Part shown: positions 1 through 13,280 of the stretch, piece after piece | Layout: every line of letters starts with the position of its first letter | How positions within the stretch are numbered: the stretch's first letter is position 1 | Source: Octopus vulgaris | Taxonomy: Eukaryota | NCBI GenBank assembly: GCA_951406725.2 | Contig: OX597816.1 | Coordinates: 142,414,001-142,478,000, forward strand | DNA length: 64,000 nucleotides | Reading direction: 5' to 3' | The notes under the pieces: generated by a model | What the model saw: the letters and a program-made list of their open reading frames with translations, nothing else | Told to the model about the DNA's origin: nothing | Database searches by the model: none | Position numbers and translations under genes: made by a program

Positions 1-1626
1 GTGTGTATGTTCGATGAAGACATTGTGTTGTATGGTAAAATATAAGTTAACTGCTCAGCTACAGATCAAGTAATGTTAAAAAAACCTCAACAGCCTGCAA
101 TCTCTCTCCCCCTCATAGACTGCTTTGAAATTTTGCAATTAGCCAGTTGTAAAAAACTCTTTAAACCTACCAAATGAATTCATTAAAACATTAATAGTGT
201 GTTAAAATTAATATTATATGAATAGAAATTTATATCATGTATAAAAAAAGTTAATATAGATTAAAATAGTGTGTCAGAATATTGTTTACTCATCTCAATA
301 CCAACCCGCCCCAAACTTCCCACATTAAAGTGTTCGTAATTTAATTAAAATCTGAACAAAAATCTCATTAATACATCAATGCTAATATGCATGTTTTAAT
401 GTAAGAATATTTTATTAAGTTTTATTCCAAGCACCAGCTTAAAGATACCAATAAACAAACAAGAAGTTTGAGCTGCAATTATTTGACAAACTCCCTTCTA
501 ACTCTTGGTTATTTTGAAAATTAATTGAAACACCTAGGCACCATATTCTTGTCAGAAAGTCGATTGCAAAAGTGTTAAAACACTTGCTATATTTTATATC
601 AGATGCCTATTTTTCTGCAGATTTTATCTTTTTCCATCCTAAAATTGTCATTAACAAAATATTGATCTCATTGATTGATAGATAAATAGATAGATAGATG
701 GACAGACTGGCAGGTAGGCTGACAGATGGATAGGTGAACTGTCAATGATATGATACAAAAGTATATGTACAAACTGACAGATTATCAAAATGGTAATGTT
801 ATTCTAGAATATTCCTTTTTAAAAACAAAAATAAGAAATTTCATTGAATCAGGAGAATAACTTTGAAAATCGTAAAATATGTATTAAAAAAATTAGTGTT
901 TTTGAAAAAAATTTTTGCTTCCAAAATAAAAATTAATACTTTCAATATTTTGCCCCTTTGTAACATGTTGACCAAATGCATGTGACAAATAAAATATCTT
1001 TTACTTTGCTCCATGTTTGTGGAGTAATTCAGCTGTAAATAATTTTTTTTATTTATCTGTTAATAATTAATTAATGAAACACACATTGCTAATTGTCTTG
1101 GGTTTGATGAATTTATTAATCACAAAATCTGCTTGATACGTCTCAACAGATAGAAATTCTAAATGATTTTAGTTTCTTTCTGCATACTGGTCTCTCACAC
1201 TTTCTCTTTCACACTCTCTCTCTATCTGTCTATCTATCTAGATATATATATATAAAGGATAGATTCTAGTTTCTATTAGACTTGATAAACTAGTCTATAA
1301 ATTAAAACTACCCCCCCCCCCCCACTAGTAAATCTGAATAACATATATAATCAATGATAAGCAGTGTGTTCCTTTGAAAAATCTCAGTTACAACTGTGAT
1401 GTTGATAAAACATGTTCTTTGTCTATCTACTTATTCTCTTTGTGATTTTGAATAAAAAGAAAACTATACAAACTAATCCTTTGAATTTAACTAAATTCTA
1501 TATTTTTATGCAGCTGAAGATTCCTCTACATTTTAAATTGATGTAATGTTTGCATTGTTCAATTAAATAGAGTCGCATGAAACAATCATACTGCATTACC
1601 TCTGGATATCCTTCTTGCTTTTTTTG

Positions 1627-1666
<40 letters not shown>

Positions 1667-1760
1667 TACACACACATATATATGTGTGTGTGTGTGTGGA
1701 TCAAAACAATTTGATCCAAATTTGTTGGTACTCTTGAGTTTCAAGTGTGATGCTAATCGT

Positions 1761-2768
1761 CAGCTCGGCAACCCCAACTGCCAGCTCTGCCTCCACGAAA
1801 AACTGCATATCCTCTAACAACCCACAGTATCCATCAACAAAAAATATGATTTATTGTTTTGCTGTTACCAGAGATATGCCCTTGTGGCAAATTTCAGGCC
1901 TCTGACTGGCAACAACCTGGATATGCCACTTTAGCACCAGCTGTTACTCTGCACCGCCTGCACCAAGGTCACTGCTACCAACCAACCCCATGAGCAGGAC
2001 TGCCATTTACCAATCCCTAACATTTAGCAATCCCCAATGCATGCCAATCTCCAACACTTACCAATTCCCAATGCTTGTTTTGCATGTGTACACTCATATG
2101 CATATGTGTTTGTGTGCATGCATGTGTGTGTGTGTGTGTGCATCTATGTGTGTGTGTCCATGTGCAGATGCGCATGCATCAATATACACTTGCACGCAAA
2201 ACTATATGAGCATGTCTGCACACCCACACCCAGAACACCTACTTCCTCTCATCACTCCTATCACTCCCTCCCTTCATCGTCACCCACTCCCTCATTACCA
2301 ACCCCACCATCCCTTAGACCCCCACCCTTGCTTCCCCGACTCACGCCTCCCCATACCACACCACCCCATGCACACTAGCACTGACAACTTCCCAGCACCT
2401 ACATCATCATCCATGCACCTACACATGCGCACACGTCAAGGTCACCAGCCCTCTTCCACATGCACATACACGCTGTCACATACACACGCATGCACACCTT
2501 CGTTTTGGGATCACCACTACTTTATTATCTCCCCTCCTTCCTTGCTCTCCTGTGTAACCCCTCTGTTCGGCATTTGCCATGATAGATCACTAGCCACTAA
2601 ACCTTTTTCTATTTTCTCTTCCTGTTTATTTCTGTGTTCCTTTCTGTTGAAGAGCATAGGCTTGGAACATAAAAGTCTTTCTCACTTCTCGAGTGTTAAA
2701 CTAAAACATCTATTTGTTGTTTACACACCTGTCTTCGTCTTTTGTTTTTTTATAAATTCTCACTATAG
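1761..2768 (+). mobile_element. Penelope-like element 3' remnant (GIY-YIG C-terminus, 3' region and decayed hammerhead-type terminal repeat)
   Basis: 1761-1900 translates to QLGNPNCQLCLHEKLHIL*QPTVSINKKYDLLFCC, resembling the CxLCLxEK..LNKR.EL..C end of Penelope GIY-YIG domains. 2644-2675 reads CTGTTGAAGAGCATAGGCTTGGAACATAAAAG, a decayed hammerhead-like motif related to 41683-41713. Confidence 0.6.
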
Positions 2769-3137
2769 AACTATATACCTGCACATGCTGCCCCTTCCTA
2801 CTTCCTTCCAACAACTTGACTGACTTCTAATTGCCATGTGGTCTATTTCCTGGCCTCCACGTGGTCAATATCCTGTTTGCCATGCGGTATCTTCCAACTA
2901 ACTGTTACCCATATACCAACAACAAACCATGACACCACATGACCTTCCTCAACCAATCGCAGCCCACCTTACAGTAATAGCAATCAACTTAAGTCATTCG
3001 AATTCAAATGGCTGACAACATCACACTTGAACCTCAAGAGTACCAATGAATTTGAATCAAACTGTTTTGGTCCCAATAAATTGCTTAAGAGCCCTTCTTT
3101 TGTTTGTCCACTCACTTGTAGATATATATACACACAC

Positions 3138-3189
<52 letters not shown>

Positions 3190-3204
3190 ACATGTATGTG
3201 TGAT

Positions 3205-4675
3205 TACCACTGGGATAGATAGTTTTAATCAAATTATATAGGAATGTGTCACATCCAGTGACTGATGCAGAAGTATCATCTTAAATTGCTGCTACAAAGA
3301 GAAAGATGCCTTAAAGAGAACTAACTATAGCAGAATCAAACTACTGGATCAAGTTATGAAGATCTCTGAGAGAGTCCTAGATGGATGCAGTTTGTGTGCA
3401 TGTCCAGACAAGGTACTGCAGATGCAGGCTTCCTTTTGAGGCAACTTCAGGAGAAATACTTGGCCAAGAGTAAACCACAGTGCTTGACATTCATTGTCTT
3501 TGAGAAGGTATTTGACAGGTTGCCTTGTTTAGTAATTTGGTGGTCACTAAGGAAATTAGGTATAGATAGATTGGCTTGTGAGAGTGCACAAGTTATGTAC
3601 AAATATGCAGTAAAGTGATAGTCAACAGCAATTTCTGTGACAAATTTGACATGAGGGTAGGATTTCATCAAGGTTCATCCTATTCACCATGGTCCTACAT
3701 GTCATCAAAGAGGACTTTAAGACTGGCTATCCATAGAAATACTATATGATGATCTAGTTCTCATAATTAAATCTTGAGGGGAATTAAAGAGGAAATTGCA
3801 GGCATGGAAACTAAATCTAAAATTTGAGAGGCCTCATGGTAAACTTAGCAAAGTCTAAAGTTTTAAGTAGGAAATAATATAGAACCCTGGTAACTTTAGA
3901 GAAGTGGCCTTGCTTGACAAACAGAAAAAGAATATATATAAACTCCATACAATGTATCCAATGTAAGCTATGGACACACAAGAGATGTAGTGGAATCACT
4001 GGTAGACTAACAAAGAAAGTAAGCTTCATATGTGACGGATGCACTTGAGCAGTAAGTTCTCTAAGCATATAAAAAATAAATTCTCTTAAATGCCTGAATG
4101 ACTCACTTGAAGTAGTCAATAACTCAAGTTGCCTTAGAGACATTAGCATCAGAGGTCAGATGTGGCTACCCCAATGAGTTGGAAAAGTTCAAGTAAAATC
4201 AGGTTGGAAAAACTTCTACTGCTACTAACTACAAAGGTCTTTTTCCTTCAGAGTGAAGGGCAAATTTTATGATGCTTGTTTTAGAACTGCAATGCTGCAT
4301 GGTTGTGAGTCATGAGCTTTGAATATAGAGAATTTGAGAAGACTGCAAAAAAAAATAATAAAGCTACCATGCCCTGTTATAAATGACAAAGTACAAATGC
4401 ATTGAGAGAAAAACTAGGCATAAGTGGCATCATGTGTAGTTTGCAAAATAGGAAACTACTGATATTGTCATTTGATGTATATGGATAAGGACTGGTGTGT
4501 ATAAAGAAGTGTTGCTCACTTAATGTGGATGGCTCTTGTAAAGGCGGGAAACCCAGGAAGACATGGGATGAAGTTGTGATGGCTAATCTCAAGACATTGA
4601 AACTAACATAGATGACAAAGGAGCAGAATGACTGGCAATAAGCAGTCCTTGAGAACATCCTCCCACCTCAGTGAA
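3205..4675 (+). mobile_element. Decayed RTE-clade LINE (reverse transcriptase to 3' end)
   Basis: Frameshifted RT motifs: DAL..NY..IKLLDQVMKI.ERVL, MQF...GTADAGFLLRQLQEKY, FEKVFDR.P..VIWWSLRKLG, YDDLVL, Cys-rich CIQCKLWTHKRCSG, and C-terminal GKPRKTWDEVV. Many stops. Confidence 0.9.
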
Positions 4676-5519
4676 ACCGAGTCTGGAAGCATAATGTGTG
4701 TGCGCGTGCACATGCATGCATATGCGCATACATGGACAGTTGCATTTCCACCCAAATTCTCTCCTCCAGATATTCTCACTACCTGTCATCTCTCTAATTG
4801 CACTATTCTGCTGTTGTAATTAAATGTTAACAGAACTGCATACTTCAACTTTTCCCTGATACTACTGACCCTTATTACTACTCAGAACCCTTTCACTTGT
4901 TATCCATCTTTCATTCTTAATACTGTCTTCTTCACCTACAGTTTACATTGATCCACCTCCTGACCCACCAAATTCCCTCTCCCCTAGCATATATCTTTCT
5001 TTTATTCACTACATCTGCCCCACACTTTTACAACTTACCCAACCACATCATTTCTCTTCACCTCACTCCCTTTTCTACACTGTCAGTCATCTCTCTCAAA
5101 CCTCCACTAACTCATCTACCATTGGTCACCCATTAACTCTATACCTGATTTCTACAGCTGTCACTTTCTCTTCCCTCTTTTCTACCTCTCTTATCCTCCC
5201 ACTCAACATTTGTTCATAATATTCATCCTTTCACCCATTCCCTATCTCTTATCAGTTTTCACTCTCCCATACACTCTTTCAACTACTACCCACGTACTCT
5301 TTCTGTTCTACTCACTTCATATCTTGATGGTCCACTATTTTCACCTCTTTCCTGTTTCACTCCACCCACTCCTAGCCTCTTCACTATAACATGAGTAGTT
5401 GTATAGCTCTCCCACTATCAGAGATCTGTTCTGTTCTGGCCCCTTCCCTCACACTTTAAACCCTTCGTCCCATAGCAAAAGGCCACTTGCTTCTCTGCTG
5501 TAACCCCACTCAGTCAAAA

Positions 5520-5730
5520 GAGATCTTAGTCTTGTAGGCTACATAGCCACCTCACTGGTGTTGGTGACACAAAAACAGCACCTAGTACACTTCGTAAAGT
5601 GGTTAATGTTAGGAAGACTATCCAGCTGCAGAGACTATACCAAAGCAGACAATTGAGCTTGATATAGTCTTTGAACCGTTGGATCCTATCAAATTATCCA
5701 ACCTATGCTAGTATGGAACATGATGATGTT
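5520..5730 (+). mobile_element. 3' fragment of RTE-tail non-autonomous element (family of 33285-33915)
   Basis: GTTAGGAAGACTATCCAGCTG and CCAACCTATGCTAGTATGGAA...(GAT)n match the tail at 33776-33915. Confidence 0.6.
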
Positions 5731-5988
5731 GACGTGTGTATGTTTCTTCTTCTCTCTCTCTCTCTCTATCTATCTGTCTTTCTCGCACACATATTTTATA
5801 TTGTATTTTGTGAACAATGGCATTCTTCATTAGTCTCCTATGGAGTAATCACTAGCCTCACTACATTTTACAGTGGTGAGAGTGACAAGAGATTACTGGA
5901 ACAACTTTAGCAGAACAAATATCATATAAGAGATGTTTATTCAAAAGCACCATTTTATCAGTTCTATCACCAATATACATTGCCAATT

Positions 5989-6024
<36 letters not shown>

Positions 6025-6025
<1 letters not shown>

Positions 6026-6168
6026 TTAATGGGTTTCTGCATAATTTCTGTTTGCTAAATTTGGTTGACTCAAGGCTGTGGTGCAGATTCTTACCTAAGG
6101 TGCTATGTAGTGAGATTAAACTCAGAGCCATGTGGTTACTAAGCAAACTTCTTAGCTGCATAGCCATG
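6025..6168 (-). mobile_element. Partial tRNA-derived CORE-SINE (family A)
   Basis: Reverse complement of the family A head (GGCTATGCAGCTAAGAAGTTTGCT...CACCTTAGGTAAG). Confidence 0.65.
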
Positions 6169-6443
6169 CAAGGATATGCTCTCCCCCTCTCTCTCCCCTC
6201 TCATACACACACATGCACAATACTTACCTTTTATTAAAAGTTTATTAGATCCTATAAAAATGAATGACCTCTATGTAGACAAATACGCATAAACATTATT
6301 ACCACTTTGTAAAATGTAATAAAATATGAATATATATCATTATACCAACAGTTATCATTAAAGTTATGATTATAGTGAAATGATAATATTGGCGATTAGT
6401 TACAAATAATAATTGGTACATTTTCAGTTACTAGAACAATCAT

Positions 6444-6503
6444 TATGGTTATAGTTGTAGGCAAGGATATTGCTATGGTTATAGTTGTAGACAAGGATAT
6501 TGC
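6444..6503. repeat. 30-bp direct tandem duplication
   Basis: TATGGTTATAGTTGTAG(G/A)CAAGGATATTGC twice. Confidence 0.9.
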
Positions 6504-6749
6504 AGTAATAACAGTAGAATAATTGCAAAAAGTGATACTGCATTAACCATTAGTGGAAATAGTTTTGAATAAAATAGTATTTATTCTAGGTTTAGGAGAC
6601 TGAGGTTTTGATCATAATACTGCTGATGATCATCATCATCCTCATTATCATTTCCATCATTACTACCTCGGCTACTATTACAGCCAGTATTACCATCCTC
6701 ATCACCAGATCAATTTTTATCATGTTGGCATGGACTGTGCTGCCATACA

Positions 6750-6782
<33 letters not shown>

Positions 6783-8989
6783 AACCTTGGCTGATGAAGT
6801 CTACTCCTACTTCCCTAATCAAAATACACACAAAAAAAATGCAATTGAATCAGTATAAAAGGAGTTCTTAGGAGGTAGTCAAAATATTTTATGTAGTAAC
6901 TTGACCTGTTGGAAATTAAAAAAACACCAAAATAACTCTTCAGTAAAACCCTATCATTTTTTTTTTTTTTATATTAAAAGAAAGACACCTTTAGATAATG
7001 ATTTTAGATATACTTTGATAATATACCAGCTAAAACACCTTTGATCATCAGTCTACTCAATCAGAGCTGAGAAACAAAAGAAACAGTATCAGCTAACCTG
7101 TTTTTCAGTTAACATTTTACTGGATATCACTTTGACTTGAAAGTGGATCAAAAGTCATAGCTGAATATATTTTTATAACAAGTTTATTACTTTCTTTATC
7201 TATCAACATAATAAACTATAAATGGCTGTTAAATTCAAGAAATTTTATTTCAGATCAGTTATGAAAATCAAGGTTCTTCAAACGGTTGTCATTAACTTCT
7301 TTGCAATATTTTGTCCTTCCTAGAACATGTTCAATGACTGATGCCTAAATTCATTAATGAATCTGCAATTCCCTGCAAAATAGTTTTTGCTCTATGACAC
7401 TTAATTTCAGTTGAAGACTTAAAACAAAATCAACAAGTATTTCTAGCAATGCAGGATACACAAGTTGAAAGACCCAGTTTTTAGTGCTCCTAATCATGTA
7501 ACATATAATAATGAATTGGTTGATCAAGACTTTTGAAATCTATTTCATTATTTGCTTCATATTTTGACAGAAAAGTATATTTTTGCCCAACAAAGACAAT
7601 TTAAATCTAAAGGAAGAATAGGGTTAAAAAACCCTCAGTCTTCAATAAAGTGACAGTATTAATATTAAAATCATGTATATCATGATTAAAATTCCCTATA
7701 ATGCTCTACAATGGTTGTGCTACTCTGCTCTAATTTTTTATTCTCAGTTTAGTATTTACAAACATACAGCATTAATAGATTACATTACCTTACTAACTAC
7801 TGTTACAGCTTATATCATCAGTTCTCTATATATTCTCATCATTTCTTTACTATCCTGATACTTCCTTGCTGTCATCAGCTATTTATGTCTTTTCCATGTT
7901 CGCACAGTTTTGATAAACCTTATAATTATGGCCTTTGTTATCTCGCACACACACATGCACACACACAGCAACAGAGAAAACAAAGCAACATTGTTGCTGT
8001 GTATGTTATGTTTGATATAGTTTACTAAGGATTGCTTTTATTATAGCCATAAAGGTCAATAGTTTACTATGGATTGATGCCCTTCCAATCACCAACTAAA
8101 TGACAGCATAAGCTAGAAGCATTTTATGGTACCATCAGCACTAGAGAGGTTGCTCCCTCTAACCTACATTGCATTTACTTGTTCCTTCTTTTGGTGTTCT
8201 TTTCTTCCATTCAGTGTTGTTGCTAATCTAGATAGATAGGTTGCCTCCTCTGCAGGTTGTAGCAGAGACTTCATTTCATTCATGGAATTAGAACAGAATT
8301 CTGCTAGGCTATTGAAGGGCTCCAATCCCACCTAAATAGAGAATATGACTTGAGATAGGGTACCATCATTACTCAAGTAAGATTGAACACTTAATTATAT
8401 ATGCTAAAGATATAAGGCAAGTGAGCATTGTCTGTATTATGCAAAAAAAATGTAGAGCCTCACAATGGTATTCTGAAGCTGTTTCCATGCTACTAGAATA
8501 AAGGAGTCATTCAGCTTATTATTGGAGAGATTGTGATGGTAGGTGTCTATTTTATGTAGTGAACATTTAATATATTATTGGCATTTGGGCCTGCATTGTA
8601 AAGTTGGGTGATAGAAGCTTGAAGGTCAGCAGGAATAGAAATTTATATCTGTGTGTTTCTATAACAAGGAAACTAAGCAATGGAATAAGTCAGAATCAGT
8701 TTGAAAATAAATTTTTTATCTTAGCTTACAGGTCTTCTCTACTTTTGTTTTGTTTTTTATTGTTTAAGTTTTCAAATCACAGACCTCTGAAGCCATATCT
8801 TTGGCAATTTGCAAAGATGCCAAGACATAGATAGGGAAGAAAGGAATAATGAGAACCTATTATACAAAAGGTTATGTTAAAAAACAGAATATGAAAATTG
8901 GTTTTAATTTAAAGTTAACTAATATTATTTAAAAATCTTAATCTGGTAGTCTTGCCTACACTTCTATGTATATATTTAAATGTGTGCTT

Positions 8990-9150
8990 GCAGGTATGGC
9001 TGTGAGGTAAGAAGCTTGCTTGCCACTGTCTGGTACCTTGGGCAAGCATTTCCTTCAATAGCCTCGGGCCGGCCAAAGACTTCTGAGTGGATTTGATACA
9101 TGGAAACTAAAAGAAGCCTATGATATTTGTGTGTCTGTGTGTGTGTGTGT
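8990..9150 (+). mobile_element. Partial CORE-SINE family A
   Basis: GGCTGTGAGGTAAGAAGCTTGCT head, CCTTGGGCAAG core and GGAAACTAAAAGAAGCC, running into (TG)n/(TA)n. Confidence 0.8.
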
Positions 9151-9151
9151 G

Positions 9152-9191
<40 letters not shown>

Positions 9192-9242
9192 AATATGTAT
9201 ATATGTGTGTGTGAGTGTGTATATATATATATATATTGTCTT

Positions 9243-9630
9243 GGGAGACAATGGAGTTGCGCATAAACTAATCCAGTTTGGTTTTTACACTTCATGTCCT
9301 CTCCAGTTTTGTGCAAGCCTGTAGATGTAGGAAAATCTTGGGTAGCCTAATCGTCAGGATTCCTCTCTTGACCTTGCTGACGTAGTCCAAAGGAGTGCAG
9401 AGCATTATGTTTGTCACCAGCTTGGTTGCAGGAGCTGCCGGAAGAGTGTTGAGTCGAACACTAAACCACCCACGGGGCTCCACTCTGGATTTCTTTGAAG
9501 GTTGTCTCCTTTCTGCAATCCTGGATAGGGGCCCATACAGGGTACTGTTAGACGAAGCCAGCTGAGCCCAGGACTCATGTCAGGCAGGGTTGACACTCCC
9601 AGAAGTAGTGAAGAAAATTGCTACCCACTA
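9243..9630. mobile_element. Unclassified GC-rich repeat fragment, possibly a LINE 5' UTR
   Basis: Sharp GC-rich island between TA-rich tracts with no credible ORF. Family not identified. Confidence 0.35.
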
Positions 9631-9646
9631 CCTAAATATATGTATA

Positions 9647-10029
9647 CTAGCAGTATCGCCCGGCGTTGCTCGGGTTGTAAGGGAAATAACTATATAAGCA
9701 TTTTTAGAGAGTTATAGCCAAAAAATGCATTAAAAATTGAAAAAAAATTAAGGTAAATATTTTTTAAATCGTTGACACATCGTAGATATTTTTAGAGAGT
9801 TACTTCCCTTATATAAAAGCGAAAAAAATGCATTAAAATGGAAAAATATGATGGTAAATTTTTTTTAAATCGTAGACTCATCGTAGACGCACACTAATAC
9901 CCAGAAGGGCTCGATATGAATCACGACTATAAGATACCCGCTTTTGGTTAAACTGCACCGCAAAATGTGGGAGTAGTTAGGAATCTAAATCGTAGGAGAC
10001 AGACACACAACTTCACTCTTATATAAAGA
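9647..10029 (-). mobile_element. Non-autonomous Helitron (same family as 42072-42464)
   Basis: Minus strand starts TCTTTATAT and ends CCCGAGCAACGCCGGG hairpin + CGATACTG-CTAG. Inserted between A and T. Near-identical to the + copy at 42072. Confidence 0.9.
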
Positions 10030-10429
10030 TGCTTTTTTTTTTCAGTCATAGAGTTAGATTTATGAAGGTCTTCAGTAGAAAATCCTTCGAATTCTGACTC
10101 GCTGCTTGATATAATGAAATTCGTATCCATTTTTTGTCAGAATTAAAAATTTTGAAAACACAATAGGAACAAATTTCGGAAAAAAATCTCCCATAATTCA
10201 CGGAATTAAAATTACACTTCGATTTTTGTACAAAACTGTAGTTGAAGTGTTTACGAAGTATAATACGTGTTTTCACGAATGTACTAAAGAGATTTGCTCT
10301 GATATTCTCATTTAAATATGAATAGGTAAATTCGGGCGGCTTGGTAACTATATATAAGTGTCGTCTGTTTATACATAAACACTGTTTCATACTGCAATTA
10401 TATATACATATATCTATATATAATATTAT

Positions 10430-11219
10430 ATAATAAAATATATACAGAGTAAAATAAAAACCAATTTACCTTTTCTGTCCTCCGTGTGTCTTTGCAAATG
10501 TGTTGGAATGATAAGTGAGTTGTGTTTTTGCGCCTTTTTTACTAATAACAAACACACACGTGTTTGTATGTAGTTGTATGTGTATGTAGTTGTATGTGTA
10601 TGTAGTTGTATGTAGTTGTATATGTATGTGTATGCGTGTGTGTGAGGAATGACACACACACACTCACGCACGCACACATGTACATCAATGCTTTCGGAGT
10701 GATATGTTAAAATATTGAGTTTTCTCGAATTTTGTCTTAATTGGGGGTGAAATTGAAAGAAATATATTATGGCATGAGCGAATGGAGTACTTTGAAAAAT
10801 CTTAGGTAAATTCTAATTGAAGAAGTTGTGTGAGGATTAAATGGTTATGTATTTATTTGTTTCTGTTTGCTGTGTTTTTTTATTTTTTTGAGTAGTGGTT
10901 TAAACACTTTCAGTTTAGTCTTCCTCAAATCAATCACTCTGTCGCTATTTACTTTCATTTTATTCGTTGCCCACTGTGTGTGTGCGTTTGCATGTGGTGT
11001 AAACCAGACTAAGAAAAGCATTTGACACACACACCAGAATGTGAGTTTTCTGTAAATTTTGCTTAATTGGAGTTTAAATTTTAAAAACTGGACCTGGCAT
11101 GACGCGATGCATTGTACTCTTAAAACTGCTAGGTAAATTGTAATTGAAGAAATCCTATATTGTAGATTTGTATAACTCCCAAAGGGAGGCAGATAAAATC
11201 TGCCTTTTATAATAAGAGA
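10430..11219 (-). mobile_element. Helitron-like element (5' part) with internal duplication
   Basis: Minus strand starts TCTCTTATTATAAAAGG. 10715-10825 and 11042-11152 are diverged repeats of each other. No 3' end recognised. Confidence 0.5.
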
Positions 11220-11770
11220 TATATTATATAAAATCTGTTCTGTCTGTGTGTGTGTCTTCTAGGATCTCGGGCATCCTCCATCCGATTGTGCTCAAATTTG
11301 ATATGTAGATACCGACAGTATCAGGGCGTGTATAAGTCTTTAAAAAATTACAAAAATCGATTCCAGGTGAGAATGCGATCAATAAAGCTGTGGAAACATG
11401 CATTTGTACATGCATGTACATCAGCTGTTGCGATCGATACTACACGTACACAAGAAAAATGCACATGCAGTTTGTGCAAAAAAAGCCGGCTGGTTTGAAA
11501 TAATGCCACAAAATGCAGTATATTTAAGAAACCAAAAATGTAAGATGCAAAAGAGATATTTTCTTCAAACTTGGCATGAAGGAAGGAAAGACTATTTGGT
11601 TTCTCCAGAAGTTTTTTTTTTTTTGCCTTAACTTCGTTTAACAAAACCAAATATTTTATTGAAATAAAGGCATGCTTAATTATTTTTTAATGAAAAGAAA
11701 ACACTGATTGCTTTTTATTCAGTGGATATGATTCAGCACCGTCCATTGGACAGGTGGGGCATTTTGCTCA
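11220..11770 (+). mobile_element. Non-autonomous Helitron-like element, copy 1 of tandem pair
   Basis: T(A)TATTATATAAAATCTG..TCTGTCTGTGTG start. Ends CAGCACCGTCCATTGGACAGG..GCATTTTGCTCA (decayed hairpin + CTAG). Confidence 0.7.
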
Positions 11771-12176
11771 TCTATTATATAAAATTTGTTCTCTTTGTCT
11801 GTGTGCATGTATTCTAGGATCTCGGGCATCCTCCATCCAATTGTGCTCAAATTTGATATGTAGATACTGACGATATCAGGGCGTGTATAAGTCTTGAAAA
11901 AATTACAAAAATCGATTCCAGGTGAGAATGCGATCGATAAAGCCGTGGGAACCTGCATTTGTACATGCAAGTACATCAGCTGTTGCAATCTATACTATGC
12001 ATACGCGAGAAAAAGTCTATCTTTATTTCTTCTTTTGCTGGTGTCTCAAATTTAGGTTAAATTAGTGTTTCTCAAAGGGGAGGCCTATGGGATGATCGGA
12101 CAAGTTGTTTTGAGAAAATTTGGTTTAAATGTTTGACAACTCAGCACCGTCCATTGAACGGGAGGCATTTTGCTTG
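11771..12176 (+). mobile_element. Non-autonomous Helitron-like element, copy 2 of tandem pair
   Basis: TCTATTATATAAAAT start. First ~240 bp homologous to copy 1. Ends CCGTCCATTGAACGG hairpin + GAGGCATTTTGCTTG. Confidence 0.75.
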
Positions 12177-12429
12177 TGTATATATATGTATGTATGTATG
12201 TGTGTGTGTATGTGTGTATATGTATGTATGTGTGTGTATGTATGTATATATATATATATATATGTAAGTATTTGTATGTTTGTATGAATGTATATATGTA
12301 AGTATTTGTATGAAGAAATGGAATAGTCCAGATGGTGGTGTGCACATACCGTTTACCACAGCTTTTACATTAGATTATCTGCTAATTAGCTAGCATTAAG
12401 TATCTATATGAAGTTTGGCTGTATGTAAT

Positions 12430-13280
12430 GTCTGTTTTCTCGAACAGCCGCTTCTACTGAGTACTGCTGTTGGTTTATTTCTTATACATAAAGGACTATA
12501 GCTTCAACTGTGTACTGCTTTTTGATTCACCGTAAGGTTTGTTGTTATTATTATTACTGTTTAACTATTGTTATCACATTTGTTGGTTCCTCGTAAGGGA
12601 AACATTGTTGTGTTGCATTTGTTAAATAATTGTAAACTGTAACCCTCCCCCTTTGGGAGAAGGAGCTTTGGTTATTGTTTAAAAATTGAATTGTGTTCCT
12701 GTTTGGGGAAATTGATAATATTTTCACCGTTTACACGGAAGCATTTTTGTTAGAATGCCTTCGATAGAAGAAAGTCCAAAAATGAATTTCGCTGCAGCTG
12801 TCGGCGAGTGTGAACTCATTAAAATTAAAATGGAAGAAATACAAACCTATTTCGGATTGATCACCGACAAAGACAGTGAATCTAGGATAACACCACCAAA
12901 CGAAATAAAAAAATTAAATCAAAGAAAAGACTATTGTCTATAAAGTATACAATGTAGAGACAAAAAAAAGATTTGAACACCTGGAGGAAAGCACCATCGT
13001 AAAGTGTCTTGGTGCGACTATGAAAGATATCTAACCAGAGGCAGTAAATTTGCCACAATAAAAGCAAGGTTCGAGTCAACGGAGTGTGCAAGGGAGTACT
13101 CGACTCGAACCTTGCAAAGCGGAAATATTTTATTTTCACTTTTATATCTGGGACGTAGGACGACCCAGATAAAAATTTAAAATGTCCCCCCAGAAGTAGA
13201 AGTAGGCTGGATTGTAGCCATACCTCTATACAAGAGGGAGGACAAGATACAATTGATCGAAATTGCAAGAGACGGGCCTA
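12430..13280 (+). mobile_element. Possible 5' end/ORF1 remnant of a LINE
   Basis: CpG-retaining segment with ORF MPSIEESPKMNFAAAVGE... (FAAAV resembles the SYAAAV motif of LINE ORF1 N-termini), broken by stops downstream. Confidence 0.3.

Noticed and set aside
1990-2823. 277-aa His/Pro/Cys-rich ORF
   Set aside because: Arises from CA/TG low-complexity sequence inside a repeat remnant. No domain signal.
6791-6830. Isolated CTGATGA motifs (also 30595, 30808, 37282)
   Set aside because: No stem II followed by GAAA.
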